Origin: Vicugna vicugna
Lineage: Eukaryota
Assembly (NCBI GenBank): GCA_013265495.1
Contig: MU057801.1
Span: forward strand, 2,696,765 to 2,760,764
DNA length: 64,000 nt
Direction of reading: 5' to 3'
A program made the position numbers and the translations under genes. Under the pieces are notes generated by a model that saw nothing but the letters and a program-made list of their open reading frames with translations, was not told where the DNA came from and searched no databases. Position 1 is the stretch's first letter. Each line of letters starts with the position of its first letter. Positions 35,301 to 47,495 of this stretch are shown here, piece after piece.

Positions 35301-38300
35301 GACACCTCCTGGATTCCAGTGTGGACAGTTACTACTGCAGACACCATGGCAGAATGACCCCTGCCCTCCTCCCCATCACAGCTCTGTGCTGGATGCTCTG
35401 ACTGTGCACGTCTTTCAGGTAAGGAAGCAAAGATGTGGGGACGTCCAACAATCACGTAAACTGCCCCAGGTCAACCCTCTGCCAAGCGGGAGAGCCAGGA
35501 CTTGAACCCAAATACTGTGGGGCCACAGCTGGACCCTAGGCCGCCACCTGCCCCAAGCCCCTCCCCAAGCCTCCATCCTCTCTCCACATCCATCACCACA
35601 CTGGGGTCAGACCAAGCTCCCACTTGCTGGAGTAAAATGTATTTTTCATTCTGAGGCTATTCAGCATCCAGATGAGTTTGGGGGTGTCCTAAAGCAGTGG
35701 CCCCTAAAAAACATTCCACTCTCTGGCAACTCTGTTTCCACCTGGGCCCGCCGCCAAGGACTGAGGGGGAAGAGACGGCTTTTGTGCAGAAGCAGTGGTG
35801 AGTGTCCATGGCTGCCCCACTCCCTGGTGCCCCTCTCCCCGCTGTTCCCTGGCATGACTGGGCCTCGTTCACAGATGCCTGGGCCGCCACGGCCTGCCCT
35901 TTCCCTCCAGCCTTCCACCCGGCTGGGGGAAGAAAACAGCGACGCCCTCGGGCAAATGCCTTTGAAGCAAGAACTGGCTGGCGGTTCCTGTGGTTTGCTT
36001 CCAATAACTGTCTGGACACTGGCCTCCACCTCTGGGGTCTCCCCCACCTTTCTGGGGCCCTCCCCACACCCCCACCCATCCTCGTTCCACAGCCGCAGTG
36101 ACCAGCCACGGAGGCCCAGTCCACAGGGCGAGGCCTTCCCAGGCCCCCCTCCCCAGCCGGAAAGACCTTGCCTGTGCCACACGCAGCGTGCCTCGCACGC
36201 ATCAGCTAATTTAAGGCCTGCGACAAGCCTGGCGGGGGGGCCGGTCGTTACCACCAGCTTGTGGTGGAGAAAACTGAGGTCAGAGCTGCACCTAGTCCGG
36301 CAGGAAGTGGAGGGCAGGACCCGAATCGCGACATCAGGCTGGAGGCAGCAAACTCATGGTGCAGAAAACAAGACGTCCAGGCGTTCCCTGTGTTTGTCTG
36401 ACGGGAAGCCCCAGGTGGGCCCCAGGTGGGCCCCAGGAACACGAGCTTAGATTCTTCCCTCTCTGACCTCCCCCGTCCTCCTCAGCCCTTCGCTCACTTC
36501 AGCCCATCAAAAGAGCTCCTGGCCACACTCCTCAGGCCCCACCTGTGAGTCCGAAGAACCCCAAGGGCAAAACGAACTCGGGAGCGAGCAGAGCACCCAG
36601 CACCGACCGAGCGCGGAGCCCCGGGGCCGCGAGAGGCCTCAGGACAGCGCGTGTGGCCTCCCCACGTGGACGGGAGACGCCGGCAGGTGCCGGCAGGTGT
36701 GTTGCTTGGGCGCCAGTGAGGTGACTGGGTGATGACAGACCATGCTGGCCAAAGGTCGTGGGAAGGGTCACTCCGTGCAGGCGGGAGCTGCTGCGACTTC
36801 CATTGCCAGCGGTAAGCGTTACGTCCTCCACTGGCAACTGAGCAGACCTCTAACAGCAAATGATAACTGCTTTTAGCCAGTTCGCAGCTGCAGTGCCTGC
36901 ACGATCACCATCCCGACTCACAAGCAGGCACCGGGGCCCCGGGCAGGGAGCAAAGGGCTCTTCCAGGGAGGCAGGCCTGCAGGGTCCCGCAGGCAGACTC
37001 CCAGGCCACGACCTCCCCGCGCAGAACACAGCCTCTCCCCCCTGAAGGAGGCCCGTGCCCCTCCCACTGTGCTCAGCCCTGCCAGCCCCGCTAAGGCACC
37101 TCCTACTGCACTAGTTACACATCTGCTGCTGGCTTACTGCGCTTCACCTGCGCCCTTCTCAGACGCCATCGCTGACACTGTCTGCTGGCAGCTCGCCAGC
37201 CCAGCCCCAGGTCACCTGCAGCATCTGTAGACAGTTCCCAGCACATCTTAGCACCTGCCATTCTGCCTGACCCCATTCACAGGTCCCAGGAGTGTCCCCG
37301 CCAGGCCTGGGGCTCCGGGGGAAGGCAAGGCCCCCAGCAGCAGCCCTCCAGGATGGTTGGGAGTTGGTGGGTTCGGACCCCAGCATCCTTGCCCATCAGG
37401 CTGAGGTGGGATCTGCAAGTCGCTCCAGGAGCCCATCAGGATGGAGCCCCCACAAGCCCCACTCGGCATCACAGCCTTCCCTGTGTCCTGCTCCCTCACC
37501 AGGGCTGCCTGGTCTCACCTTCCAGACGAACTAGCTCACCCCAATCCCTGTCTACCCTCCTAGACGGTAAGTCCCACAAGAGCAGGGCCCGGCCGTCCGG
37601 CTTCACCGTCTGCCTGGCGCCCAGCGCACGGCCCGCATGGAGTGAGCGCCCGGCCATGATGAGCAAGTGGAGGCACCCATGGTGGGTGGAGAGGCACCGC
37701 GTGCGGCAGCCTGACTTCACTCCCTCGTCCTCAGGAGTCCCGTCCCCCATCCTGGGGGGCCCTCGAGTCCTGGGCCAAGGAAGGTGGGCTGAGAGCACTG
37801 CGCTCCGCTGAGACCCAGTGCTGGAGGGGCAGGAAGCAGCCCCATGTTGGAGCCACAGCCCAGCCCTGGGACTGGGCCTCCCAGCGTGAGGATGAGCTGC
37901 GGGCTGTCTGCCTGCCTGGCGCCTCTTTCTGCAAAGCTGGTTGGGCCACTGCTTCCAGCACAGGCCCCAAGACGCCTGCCGCGGAGCGGCCGCCTGCAAC
38001 TGCGCTGTCTTCCCCTCGTGGAGGCTCAGGGCCGAGCGCTCGGCTAAGCTGGTCCGATTGCGGAATCTCCCCCGTTCCAGCTCATTCCCCCAGTCACGCT
38101 CATTAGCGGCACCTGCACATCCACAGGCGGGTCCTCATTAAAGAGCAGAGGGGGAAGCAGGAAGGAATGTATGACTGGGAATCCACTGGAGCTGGCGCAG
38201 GCTTCCTGAGCACAACAAAGATGCCTCTGTTCCAGGGCAGCTCCCCAGAGGGAGAGGGAATGGCAAACACTGGGCCGTTTTATTCTTGAAGCTCAATTAC

Positions 38301-38577
38301 TGGCAAGTCTCTCCCTTGCCCAGGGCTCCAGCGTTCCCCGCGTTGGTTTCTGTCCCTGGGCCCCTGCACGTGGAGGGCCTCCTCCCGTGCTGGGAGCGCA
38401 CTGAGTCCCCGCCCCAGGACCCTGATTTTCATTTGTTCTGGGAGTTTATCAGACTTCTTCCTTTTGGGTGTGGCCACCCCTCCGCTCCTCCTCAGCCTTT
38501 CCTCCTCGAACTCCCGTCATTCTTGGCTTGGATGTTCCTCCTCTCTCCTCCACGCTCTTGAAGCCCTTTCTTCCTTT

Positions 38578-38745
38578 TCTTTTACATTTTTTTACTGAGT
38601 CACAGTCATTTTACAATGTTGTGCCAAATTCCAGTGTAGAGCAGTTTTTCAGTTGCACGTGAACATACATACATTCATTGTCACATTCTTCTTTGTGAGC
38701 TGCTGCAAGATCTTGCACGCACTTGCCTGTGCTGCACAGTGTAAT
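38578..38745 (-). mobile_element. L1 3'-end fragment
   Basis: tttttttactgagtcacagtcattttacaatgttgtgccaaattccagtgtagagc. Confidence 0.7.
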
Positions 38746-39009
38746 CTTGTTTCTTAAGGCTCGTTCCTGTTTTCCGTCTTCTTATTTTTGCCTGGGCTCT
38801 GACTTGACACCCCCTGAGTCTCTCTTGAGCTGCGTCTCCTGTGCATGGGAAACAGCCCACTGTGTCTTGGGAGCGGGGCTGTGTCTTCATCTCTGTCTGA
38901 TAGACGCGCGGGTATTTCAGAGCCCCGCGGACGGGTTTGGGGAGGGCACACCCTGCCGCCTGTCCTTTCCGCTGACTCCTGCTCACAGCCGTTTTGTTTT
39001 GGTTTGTGT

Positions 39010-39478
39010 TGACTTCATTTTAGAGCAGGTTTGGGTTCACAGCGGAGCTGAGTGGAAGGTGCACACATTCCCACGTGCCCTCACACGCACAGCCTCCCCC
39101 ACTATCTGCGTCCCCACCAGTTGGTGCATTTTTCACAGCCGAGGAACCCGCGTGGACACAGTGTCATCGTCACCCACGTCCACGGTCGGCATCACAGCTG
39201 CCTCTTGGTGTATATGCTATGGGTTTGGGCAAGTGTGTGGTGACGCGTCCACCACTGTGGTGTCGTCCGGGGTGGTGACACCGCCCGCTCTTCATGTCCC
39301 CTCTTCCACCCCCACCCCCGCCAGCAACCACTGATGTTTCCTGTCTCCATACTTTCGCATTTCCCAGAACGTGATGGGACTGGAATCATGTAGCCTTCTC
39401 AGACTGGCTTCTCTCATTAGTAATGTGCATTTAAACTTCCTCCATGTCTTCATGGTTTGATAGCTCATTTCTTTTATA
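39010..39478 (-). mobile_element. Old L1M(C)-type 3' UTR fragment
   Basis: ttttagagcaggtttgggttcacagc...cagactggcttct...tgcatttaaacttcctccatgtctt. Reverse-complement similarity to 42300-42400. Confidence 0.7.
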
Positions 39479-41375
39479 TTTTTAATTTTAATTCTATTTT
39501 TTTATTGACGTATAGTCAGTTACAGTGTGTCAGTTTCTGGGGAACGGCGCCACGTCTCAGTCCTGCATGTACGTGCACATACTCGTTTTCATATTCGTTT
39601 TCGTTAAAGGTGATTACAAGATACTGAATACAGTTCCCTGTGCTGTGCAGCAGGCTCTTGTCTACTTTCACATTTAGTGGCTAACATCTGCAAATGTCAA
39701 ACTCCCCCGCCTGTAGGCGTAAGACCGTCTGCTGTGTCTGTGAACCTGGTTCTTCTGGGCATGAGTTCATAGTGTCTTCTCTTTCTCTTTTTTTCCAGGG
39801 TGTTTTTTATTGCAGCTATTTTACTCTTCAGCTCTGTTTGGTTCTTCTTTACGTTTCCTAGGGCTTTGTTAGAACCTTCCAGCTTCTCACTGTGTTCTTC
39901 CTTCCGTGAGATCTGAGCGTCTTCATGGTCGACCCCTTGCAGTCTCTGTTGGGTAGGGTGCTTATCTTTTTCTTTTGTTGAGAACGTATTCCTGTGTTGC
40001 CTCATTTTGCCTAATTCTCTGTTTTCATTTGTCCGCACTTGTGAGATTGGTTGCATCTCCCGATCTTGGAGAAGTGGCTTTATCGAGGAGACATCTGTGG
40101 GTTCATGAGTTCCAGCAGCACACCCCTCGGGTCCCCAGAGCCAGGCGCTCTAGGGGCGCCCTCCGTGTGGCTGCACGTGCCCTTCCGTTGCGGTGGGCTG
40201 ATGCTGTGGGTGGTCTGGTAGGCACGGCTGGCCCCTGGTCTGGTCGGTTGCCAGACCCTGCCTGTGTGGAGACTGCCGGTCACTGGGTTCTGGGGCTGGG
40301 TCACAAGGCTGTGGCTGCGGGTCTCCTTGGGAACCAGGGACAAGTGCTGGCCCACTGGTGGGCAGAGCTGGGTCCTGGGGTGGCTGGATGCTAAACTGGG
40401 GGTACCAGAGCTCAGGTCAGCCCTCTGGTCGAGGGGGTCCTGGCTCAGGGGCTTCTGGGCTTGTGTGGGCCTCCTGGTAGGTGGGGCCAGTTACGAACAT
40501 GGCTGGTTATAGGACGCAGGGTGTCCCAGCCCTAATGAGGGCCCACTGGTGGGCACGGCTGCGTCCCAGGGCAGCTGGCTGAGGGGCTAAGGTGTTGAGG
40601 AGCTGATGGCAGCCCTTGGTGGGCGGGGCTGGGGCTGGGGCCCGCGGGGTCCAGGGCTGGTGCTGGCCTGCAGAAGGTGGGCCTGGTCCTGAGGGCTGGC
40701 TGGGAGGCGGCAGAGGTCCCGGACTGGTAGCTGCTCACTGGCTGCTTGGCCTGAGGTGACCCCGGACTGGTGCCAGCCGGCTGGTAGATGGGGCCAGGTC
40801 CTGCAGTAAGAAGCTAGAGGTGGGACTCCAGCGCCCCTGTCCTCCTGGAAGGACAAGCTCCCCGAAGTGGCTGCCACTGGCGTCTGTGTCCGCTGGGGAG
40901 TCCTGCCGGAGGCTCTGCAAGGTTAGCAGGCGGGTCTGAGCCGGGCTTCTCTCATGTCAGCGCTCCTGCCCTGGGTCCTGGAGGGTGTGCGGCCTGTGTG
41001 CGCCCTTAGGAGGGAAGGTCCTCTCCTGCTCTCCCCTCACCGGCTCTCCTGCACACAAGCCCCACTGGCCTCCAAAACCAGATGTTCTGGGGGCTGGTCC
41101 TCCGGGTAAAGGACCCCCCGGCTGGGGCCTGATGTGGGGCTCAGACCCCTCGTTCCTTGGCAGGGGAAGCTCTGTAATATTGTCCTCCCATGGGTGGGTC
41201 AGCTCCCCAGGGACGAGTGAGGGTCCTGACAATTCCCCATGTCTCCCACCACCTCCTTGTGGTTCCTTCTTTATGTCTTTAGTTGCACAAGATCCTCCGG
41301 TCTTCAGCTTGCTGTCGTGGACGGCTGTGAGCTTTGCCTGTGGGAGGAGGTGAGCTCAGGGTCTTCCCACTCCCT
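39479..41375 (-). mobile_element. L1 composite: GC-rich 5' UTR-like region and ORF1 N-terminus abutting an L1 3' terminus
   Basis: ORF 39697-40056 (MRQHRNTFSTKEKDK...NKALGNVKKNQTELKSKIAAIKNTLE) resembles the L1 ORF1p N-terminus/coiled coil. 39479-39795 is the L1 3' end. Confidence 0.6.
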
Positions 41376-41384
41376 CCTGGAGAA

Positions 41385-42790
41385 TACACACTTTTCAACA
41401 AATGATGCTGTAATAATTTGACATCTTCAGGCAAAAAAAAAAAAAGAGCTTAGACACAGACCTTACACCTTATCTCAAAATTAACTCAAGAGGGATTGTA
41501 GACTTAGATATAAAGTACAAAACCATAAAGCTTCCAGACGATGATGTAGAGAAAACCTAGGTGACTTTGCGTTTGGAAATGAACTTTTACAAACAACCCC
41601 AAAAGCACTACCCATGAGAGAAAAAATGAGGTCGAACTTTGTGAAAATTAAGAATGTCTGCTCTGTGAAAGGCACTGTTAAGAGAATGAGAAGACAAGAC
41701 ACAGACTAGGAGGAAATATTTGCAAAAGACACCTCTTTAAAGAACCTGGATCCGGAATCTAGAAAGAGCACGTTACACAGAACATGAAGAAAACAAGCAA
41801 CCCAACCTAAAAATGGGCAAAAGGTCTGCACAGATGCCTCACCCAGGAGGCCAGGCGGGTGGCAAATAATTATGTGAAATGATGATCAACATCATATGTT
41901 GCTAGGGAAACGCAATTTAACACAGCAGTGAGATGCCGCGACGCACCTACGGAACGCCTAAACTCTGGACGCTGACCACCAGCGGCTGCCCGAATGTGGA
42001 ACCACAGAGCCCCATGGTCACTGCTGTCAGGGACGCAAGATGGTTCCATCACCTTGAAGACAGTTTGGCAGTTTCTGACGCAGCTCACACAGTCTTAACA
42101 TACCATCCAGCAGTCACGCTGCCTGGTATTTACCCAACTGAGTCGACAATTTATGCCCTCACCAAAACCTATATATGAATCTTATAGCCACTTTTTCATA
42201 ATAGCCCCAACCTGGAAGCAACCAAGATGGCCCTTCAGTTGATGAATATGTAAACAAAGTGTCACTCACCCTGAAACGGCATGCTATTCAGTGCTGAAAA
42301 TAAATGGGCTGTCAAGCCATGAGAAGGCACGGAGGAAACTTAAATGCGTGTCTGTAAGTGAAGGCAGCCAGTCTGAAATGCTGCACGTGGTACGTGATCT
42401 CCATGACTACACTCTGTGACCTCCTGGAGAAAGCAAAGCTGCCGAGACAGTAGGATCTGGGGGCGGCAGGGGCTGAGGGCAGGGATGGGGGGTGACTGGG
42501 TGGAGCACAAGGGCTTTCCAGGCAGTGGAACTACTCTGTGTGCACTGTAACGGTACCCAGGTGACAGCATGCATGTGTCAAAGTCTGTGAAATGCACAAC
42601 ACCAAGAGTGACCCCTATTGTAAACTGTGGACTTTACTCAACAGTAATGTACCAGTATTGGCTCATCCGTTGCAACGAGTGTCCCTCACTAATGCAAGAT
42701 GCTAATAACAGGGAAAATAGTGGGGGTGTGGAGAGGGGTATGTACATATATATACGGGAATTCTCTGTACTTTGTTTTTTGAAAAAACAA
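41385..42790 (+). mobile_element. L1MC-like element, ORF2 3' end and 3' UTR
   Basis: cttttcaacaaatg...cttacaccttatctcaaaattaactcaa...aaaatgggcaaaagg...ggaagcaaccaagatg...gggaattctctgtact. Confidence 0.8.
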
Positions 42791-43569
42791 CTTTGTTGAG
42801 GTATAATTTCTATACAGTTAGCTACACGTGTTTCAGATGAATAACTGGATGAATGCTGATAGATGCATACACCAATGAAGCCACATGGGTTCCATGCCCG
42901 GGAAGGGCACCACTGGGCCGTGAGCTTCTGGAACCTATGCCCAGACCACACCCCATGCCAGGCCACCACAGAGAGCTTTGAGGGCCAGTGAGAGACCCAC
43001 CTGCATGAGGACCCCACCAGACTGGGGACAAAAAGCCTTTCCCTGTAAGTTAAGCTGGAACAGAAGGAGCCTTGGGGCTTCCTGGATACGATTGCCTGGG
43101 TTCCTCAGTACCCGTAAGAGGACGTGCGAGGGACGGTTCAGGGAGAGAGAAGTCTGGGGGACATGGACGCAGGCCCCCACCGCTGGGCTGTACACCACTG
43201 ACCACAGCCCCGTCACAGGCATCTCACCCTGATGGGTAAGGCTGAGGCTCAGAGAGGCTGTGTGCCTCCAGAAGTCACCCAGCATTGGGAGCTGGGCCTA
43301 GCCTACTGCCTCATCCCCAAGGTCTCCCCACCCCTGCGCCGTCCCCCTCTCCTGATCTGAGAGTCAGGCAGCCCAGGGCTGCACTAGGCCTCCACGAGCC
43401 CTGACAGTGGGGAACACGGGAGAAATGTTGACCTCTCTTTTTTTCATCAAAAGTGTAAATAGTAACAAAGAATATTATTTCCAGATACTGTAAATATCAA
43501 TATTTTAAAATAAAATTATTCTAGTACTGTCTCCAGTGTCATGTAAATAAAAGGCAGTTTGATGCCTAA

Positions 43570-44363
43570 TACCACCCATTTACATCACCATGCACACCAC
43601 CACGTACACCACCATGTACATCATCATGTACATCACCATGTACACCACCACGTACACCACCACGTACACCACCACGTACATCATCACGTACATCACCACG
43701 TACATCATCACGTACATCACCACGTACACCACCACGTACATCACCACGTACATCACCACGTACACCACCACGTACATCACCACGTGCACCACCACGTACA
43801 TCATCACGTGCACCACCACGTACACCACCACGTACATCACCACGTACATCACCACGTACATCACCACGTACATCACCACGTACACCACCACGTACATCAC
43901 CACGTACACCACCACGTACATCACCACGTACACCACCACGTACACCACCACGTACATCACCACGTACACCACCACGTACACCACCACGTACACCACCACG
44001 TACATCACCACGTACATCACCACGTACACCACCATGTACATCACCACATGCACCACCATGTACACCACCATGTACATCACCACGTACACCACCATGTACA
44101 TCACCACATGCACCACCACGTACATCACCACGTACATCACCACGTACACCACCACATACACCACCATGTACATCACCATGTACAGCACCACTTACACCAC
44201 CATGTACACCGTCATGTACATCACCATGTACACCACCACGTACACCACCATGTACATCACCACATACAGCACCATGTACATCACCATGTACACCGTCATG
44301 TACATCACCATGTACAGCACCACTTACACCACCATGTACAGCACCACATACAGCACCATGTAC
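43570..44363. repeat. Minisatellite/VNTR, 12-bp unit CA(C/T)CAC(C)A(C/T)GTA-type (CACCACGTACAY) x about 66
   Basis: Directly visible. Homogeneous CACGTA units in the centre, CATGTA/CACATA variants toward the ends. Confidence 0.98.
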
Positions 44364-45897
44364 CAAATTTTTGTCCAAATTGTAGGATAAGGTGAACTTC
44401 AGTTGCATTCTTTTAATCAATGAGTGTGTTTCTGCAAATATAGTTATGTTGAAATGAAGTTTTAAAAAGAAAAAAAAAAAGCAGTAACGAGTTTCTTTAC
44501 CAGTCGGAAATTTAGCATTTTTTTTCACTCCATGAATTTGTATTTTCATTCTGCTTCTCCCTTAAAATTTGATCCTAGTATTGAATACATTTTGTGCTTG
44601 GATATCTTTCATTAAGCATTTTGTCTTATGTCTTGGTACCAAAAATACATCATTTTAATCTCAACTAAAAAAATTTTCCCACCACCAATCGACTCTGCAT
44701 TTTTGAAAATGTCTTCTGAGTTGAATTGTAATGATTATTATTAATGCACAATTGAGCAATACATCATAAATATACTTAAATTTTAAATTTAAATTTAAAA
44801 ACTTCAGTTTTATTGGAATTGGGGAAACAAAATTTTTTTTGATTATATACATGGATGAGTTCTGCTCGTGGCTAGGCAGAGACAGTTTATAGCATTCATT
44901 TCATTTTATTTCTCATTTTCTATCTAAGGGGCATCGAGAGAGCCTGGTCACGTAAGGAGGTGGTCTAGAGGCAGCTTCTTCATGGCCATACCGTTTGGTT
45001 ATCTGAACCCCTTCCCGATTACACACCCCAAAAGTATTTTCGAGTGTCATCTATTAGCTGACAGCCTAATCAGTTTGTAAAACCAAAGAATAAAAAACTG
45101 CTTGGCATGCAGAATTCTTCTTATCCTGTCATTAGGATCTTCAACTTTTTCATTCTCAAGAAAGTATAACCAAAAAGACCACTGAGAGCTGTCAAATGAC
45201 TATTAATTGTATCTTTTACTCTTTCTCTGGTGGGCACATTGATAATGACCATCCAGTAAGAGCCATTACAGGAACAAAACTGTGAAGCCAAGGTAAAATT
45301 GGAAAATGTACGCTTTAGCAATATTCCTGGCAGCTCTGAATAAAAACCAACACAGTCCATCTACTTCCATTTTGCATGTTAAAGTGCTTAAAAATAAAAC
45401 GCGTGACAGATGGACAGAGAGGTGGATATTCGGGTATACAAACACACACTCAGAAATTGACTCCATAGTTACTTTTATGACAAGTTTAGAGCAGCCTCTC
45501 CCATCTGAGAGGGAGGAATTAATCCTCCTCAAATGAAGCCGGTTTTCTCAAATTCAGGGAACTGATTCCCAGATGACGTGTAGGAAGATGCTCATCCTGC
45601 ACACGCACACCATGTACGTTTGCTGGGGCATGAGCGCGGTAATCTGGCCCAGGCACCAGCGTCCGCGAGGCCCCCGAGCGGGTCCCTCCCAGCACGGCCC
45701 ACGGTGCGCCCACCAGAGGAGGGGCAGCTCCTGAGACTTGCACCCAAGTTAAAATGTATTTTTATTTACGTTTTGTATTTCGTGGATTTCTAGTACCCAA
45801 CAACCTTTGGGTAAAAGTCAATGAACATATTTCTCCTATAAGCCTAGTTGGATGTTTTAAAAATACACAAAGTAGGAATGTATTTCTAACACATGCC

Positions 45898-46029
45898 TTT
45901 TTTTTTAGGTAAAGATAGATTTATTTAGAGAGATACACACTATGTAGAGTGCAGGCTGCTTCAGAAGACGAGAGAAAGGCCATGAGGTGTTGGGGTTGGC
46001 ACTCAGGTTCAAGTGCAAGTAGACACACA
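45898..46029 (-). mobile_element. Polyadenylated, 5'-truncated fragment of family-Y LTR with TSD (retroposed ERV transcript end)
   Basis: Similar to 17815-17905. AATAAA + 13 nt + A9 on the minus strand. Flanking tctaacacatgcctttt / tctaacgtatgtctttt. Confidence 0.65.
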
Positions 46030-46496
46030 TCTAACGTATGTCTTTTTACTTGCAGCTAGAATGTTGGTCGGTCGGAAGTAAAGGTGAAGGCTTTCCCCTG
46101 CTTTGCCTAGATACCAGCCGTGCAGCAGAGACACCCCCACCCACTCCAAGTTTCCCGTAACTGAGAAGGCGGGGGGTGCAGAGCTGACACCCTTCCTAGC
46201 ACACTGCTATTCCCAAGACGGTTTCTCGTATGTCAAATGTTCTGATTCAAAGGAAGTGTAGTTGGATGTTGGGTGCAGGCCCAAGTGACTTCTGAGCTGG
46301 TGCTGCCAACCCCTGACTGCTGTGAGAGGTGGTGGCTGTGGGCTCCCTGGGGCACCCTTCCCTGGAGAATGCCCCAGGCTGGCTGAGCCTCCTGCCCCAA
46401 AATGCCCAGGGCCCAACTTCCCCCAGGAGCTGCCACAGCCCAACTGAAGGTCCTCAGGTGTGGCCTCTCCCTCAAGATGGGCTCAGGGAGGTACCA

Positions 46497-47495
46497 TTAC
46501 TGAACTCAGGTCCAGCTGTTCGCTGCTTGAAAGCCACTACTCAAGAGGTGCGTGTTGGTAGAAAGGAAGGTTTGCTTTATTCTGGAGGCCGGCAACCACT
46601 AGAGAGGGTGGACTCATGTCCAGAGGCCAACTCCCCACAGCCGATTAGCAGGCAAGAAATTTTTTTTTAGTAGACTTTATTCTTTTAGAGCAGTTTCACG
46701 TTCACAACAGAATTGAGCAGAAAATACAGAGTTCACACATAGCCCTCCCCACCCACACATACATACTCCCCTACCCTCAAGGTCCCTCATCAGTGTGGCA
46801 TATTTGGTTCGATCGCTGAGCCAACACGGGCACATTATCACCAGCCGAAGTCCATAGTTTACACCGAGGGTTCACTCTTGCTGTTGTACATTCTATGGGC
46901 TTTGACAAATGCATAATGACGTGTAGCCACCACTATGGTATCATATAGAATAATTTCATTAGCGAGCAAGAGCTTTTAAAGGGAAGTCTCGGGGTGGGGG
47001 GCACAGGTGGAGGGAGGGGCTGTGTGCAGGGCAGCACAGTCAGCTCTGACTGTCAGCCTGGAGTCGGTCATGCAGGGTCTGATCAGTGGCATCTTGATTG
47101 TTTTAAGTGCAGTTAATCTGCAGTTCCAGGGTCGGTTTCTTCCCAATTCCTTGAGGCCGGTTCTCGGAACTGTGGCAGCTTGCTACAGCCGGGTCACTGT
47201 GTGGTTCATGTCATCCACCTGGTGGGGTTTCAGTGTCTACAAAGCAGCTCAAAGTCGTGGCTCAGAACATTACCTAAGGCCCTCGAGGAGGAGCTAAAGG
47301 CCCTCGACTTTGTTAATGACAAAGCCGTTATTACTCTGTTTTGCTTGACTGTTTCCCTTTGTTTCTGTATCTTCTTATTCACCTGATTAAACTTTTTCTT
47401 TGACTGAAGTTTTCCCACAGACGGGAGGCAGACGGGGGACACAGGTGGGGGTCCGTCCCGGGAAGGCCCCAGGGGGTTCTGCTCCATTTCTGCAC
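46497..47495 (-). mobile_element. ERV-type solo LTR interrupted by an L1 3' fragment (46658-46957)
   Basis: LTR-like sequence with a minus-strand AATAAA near 46580. L1 piece flanked by TSD attagcaggcaaga / attagcgagcaaga. Confidence 0.6.

Noticed and set aside
43570..44363. CRISPR-like array
   Set aside because: Contiguous tandem units without unique spacers, eukaryotic context, and no cas genes.
43559..44549. Long His-rich (HHVH)n, (TTTY)n, (VRGD)n and (VVMY)n ORFs
   Set aside because: These are translations of a stop-free 12-bp minisatellite open in several frames on both strands. There is no promoter or splice context and no evidence of a metal-binding protein.
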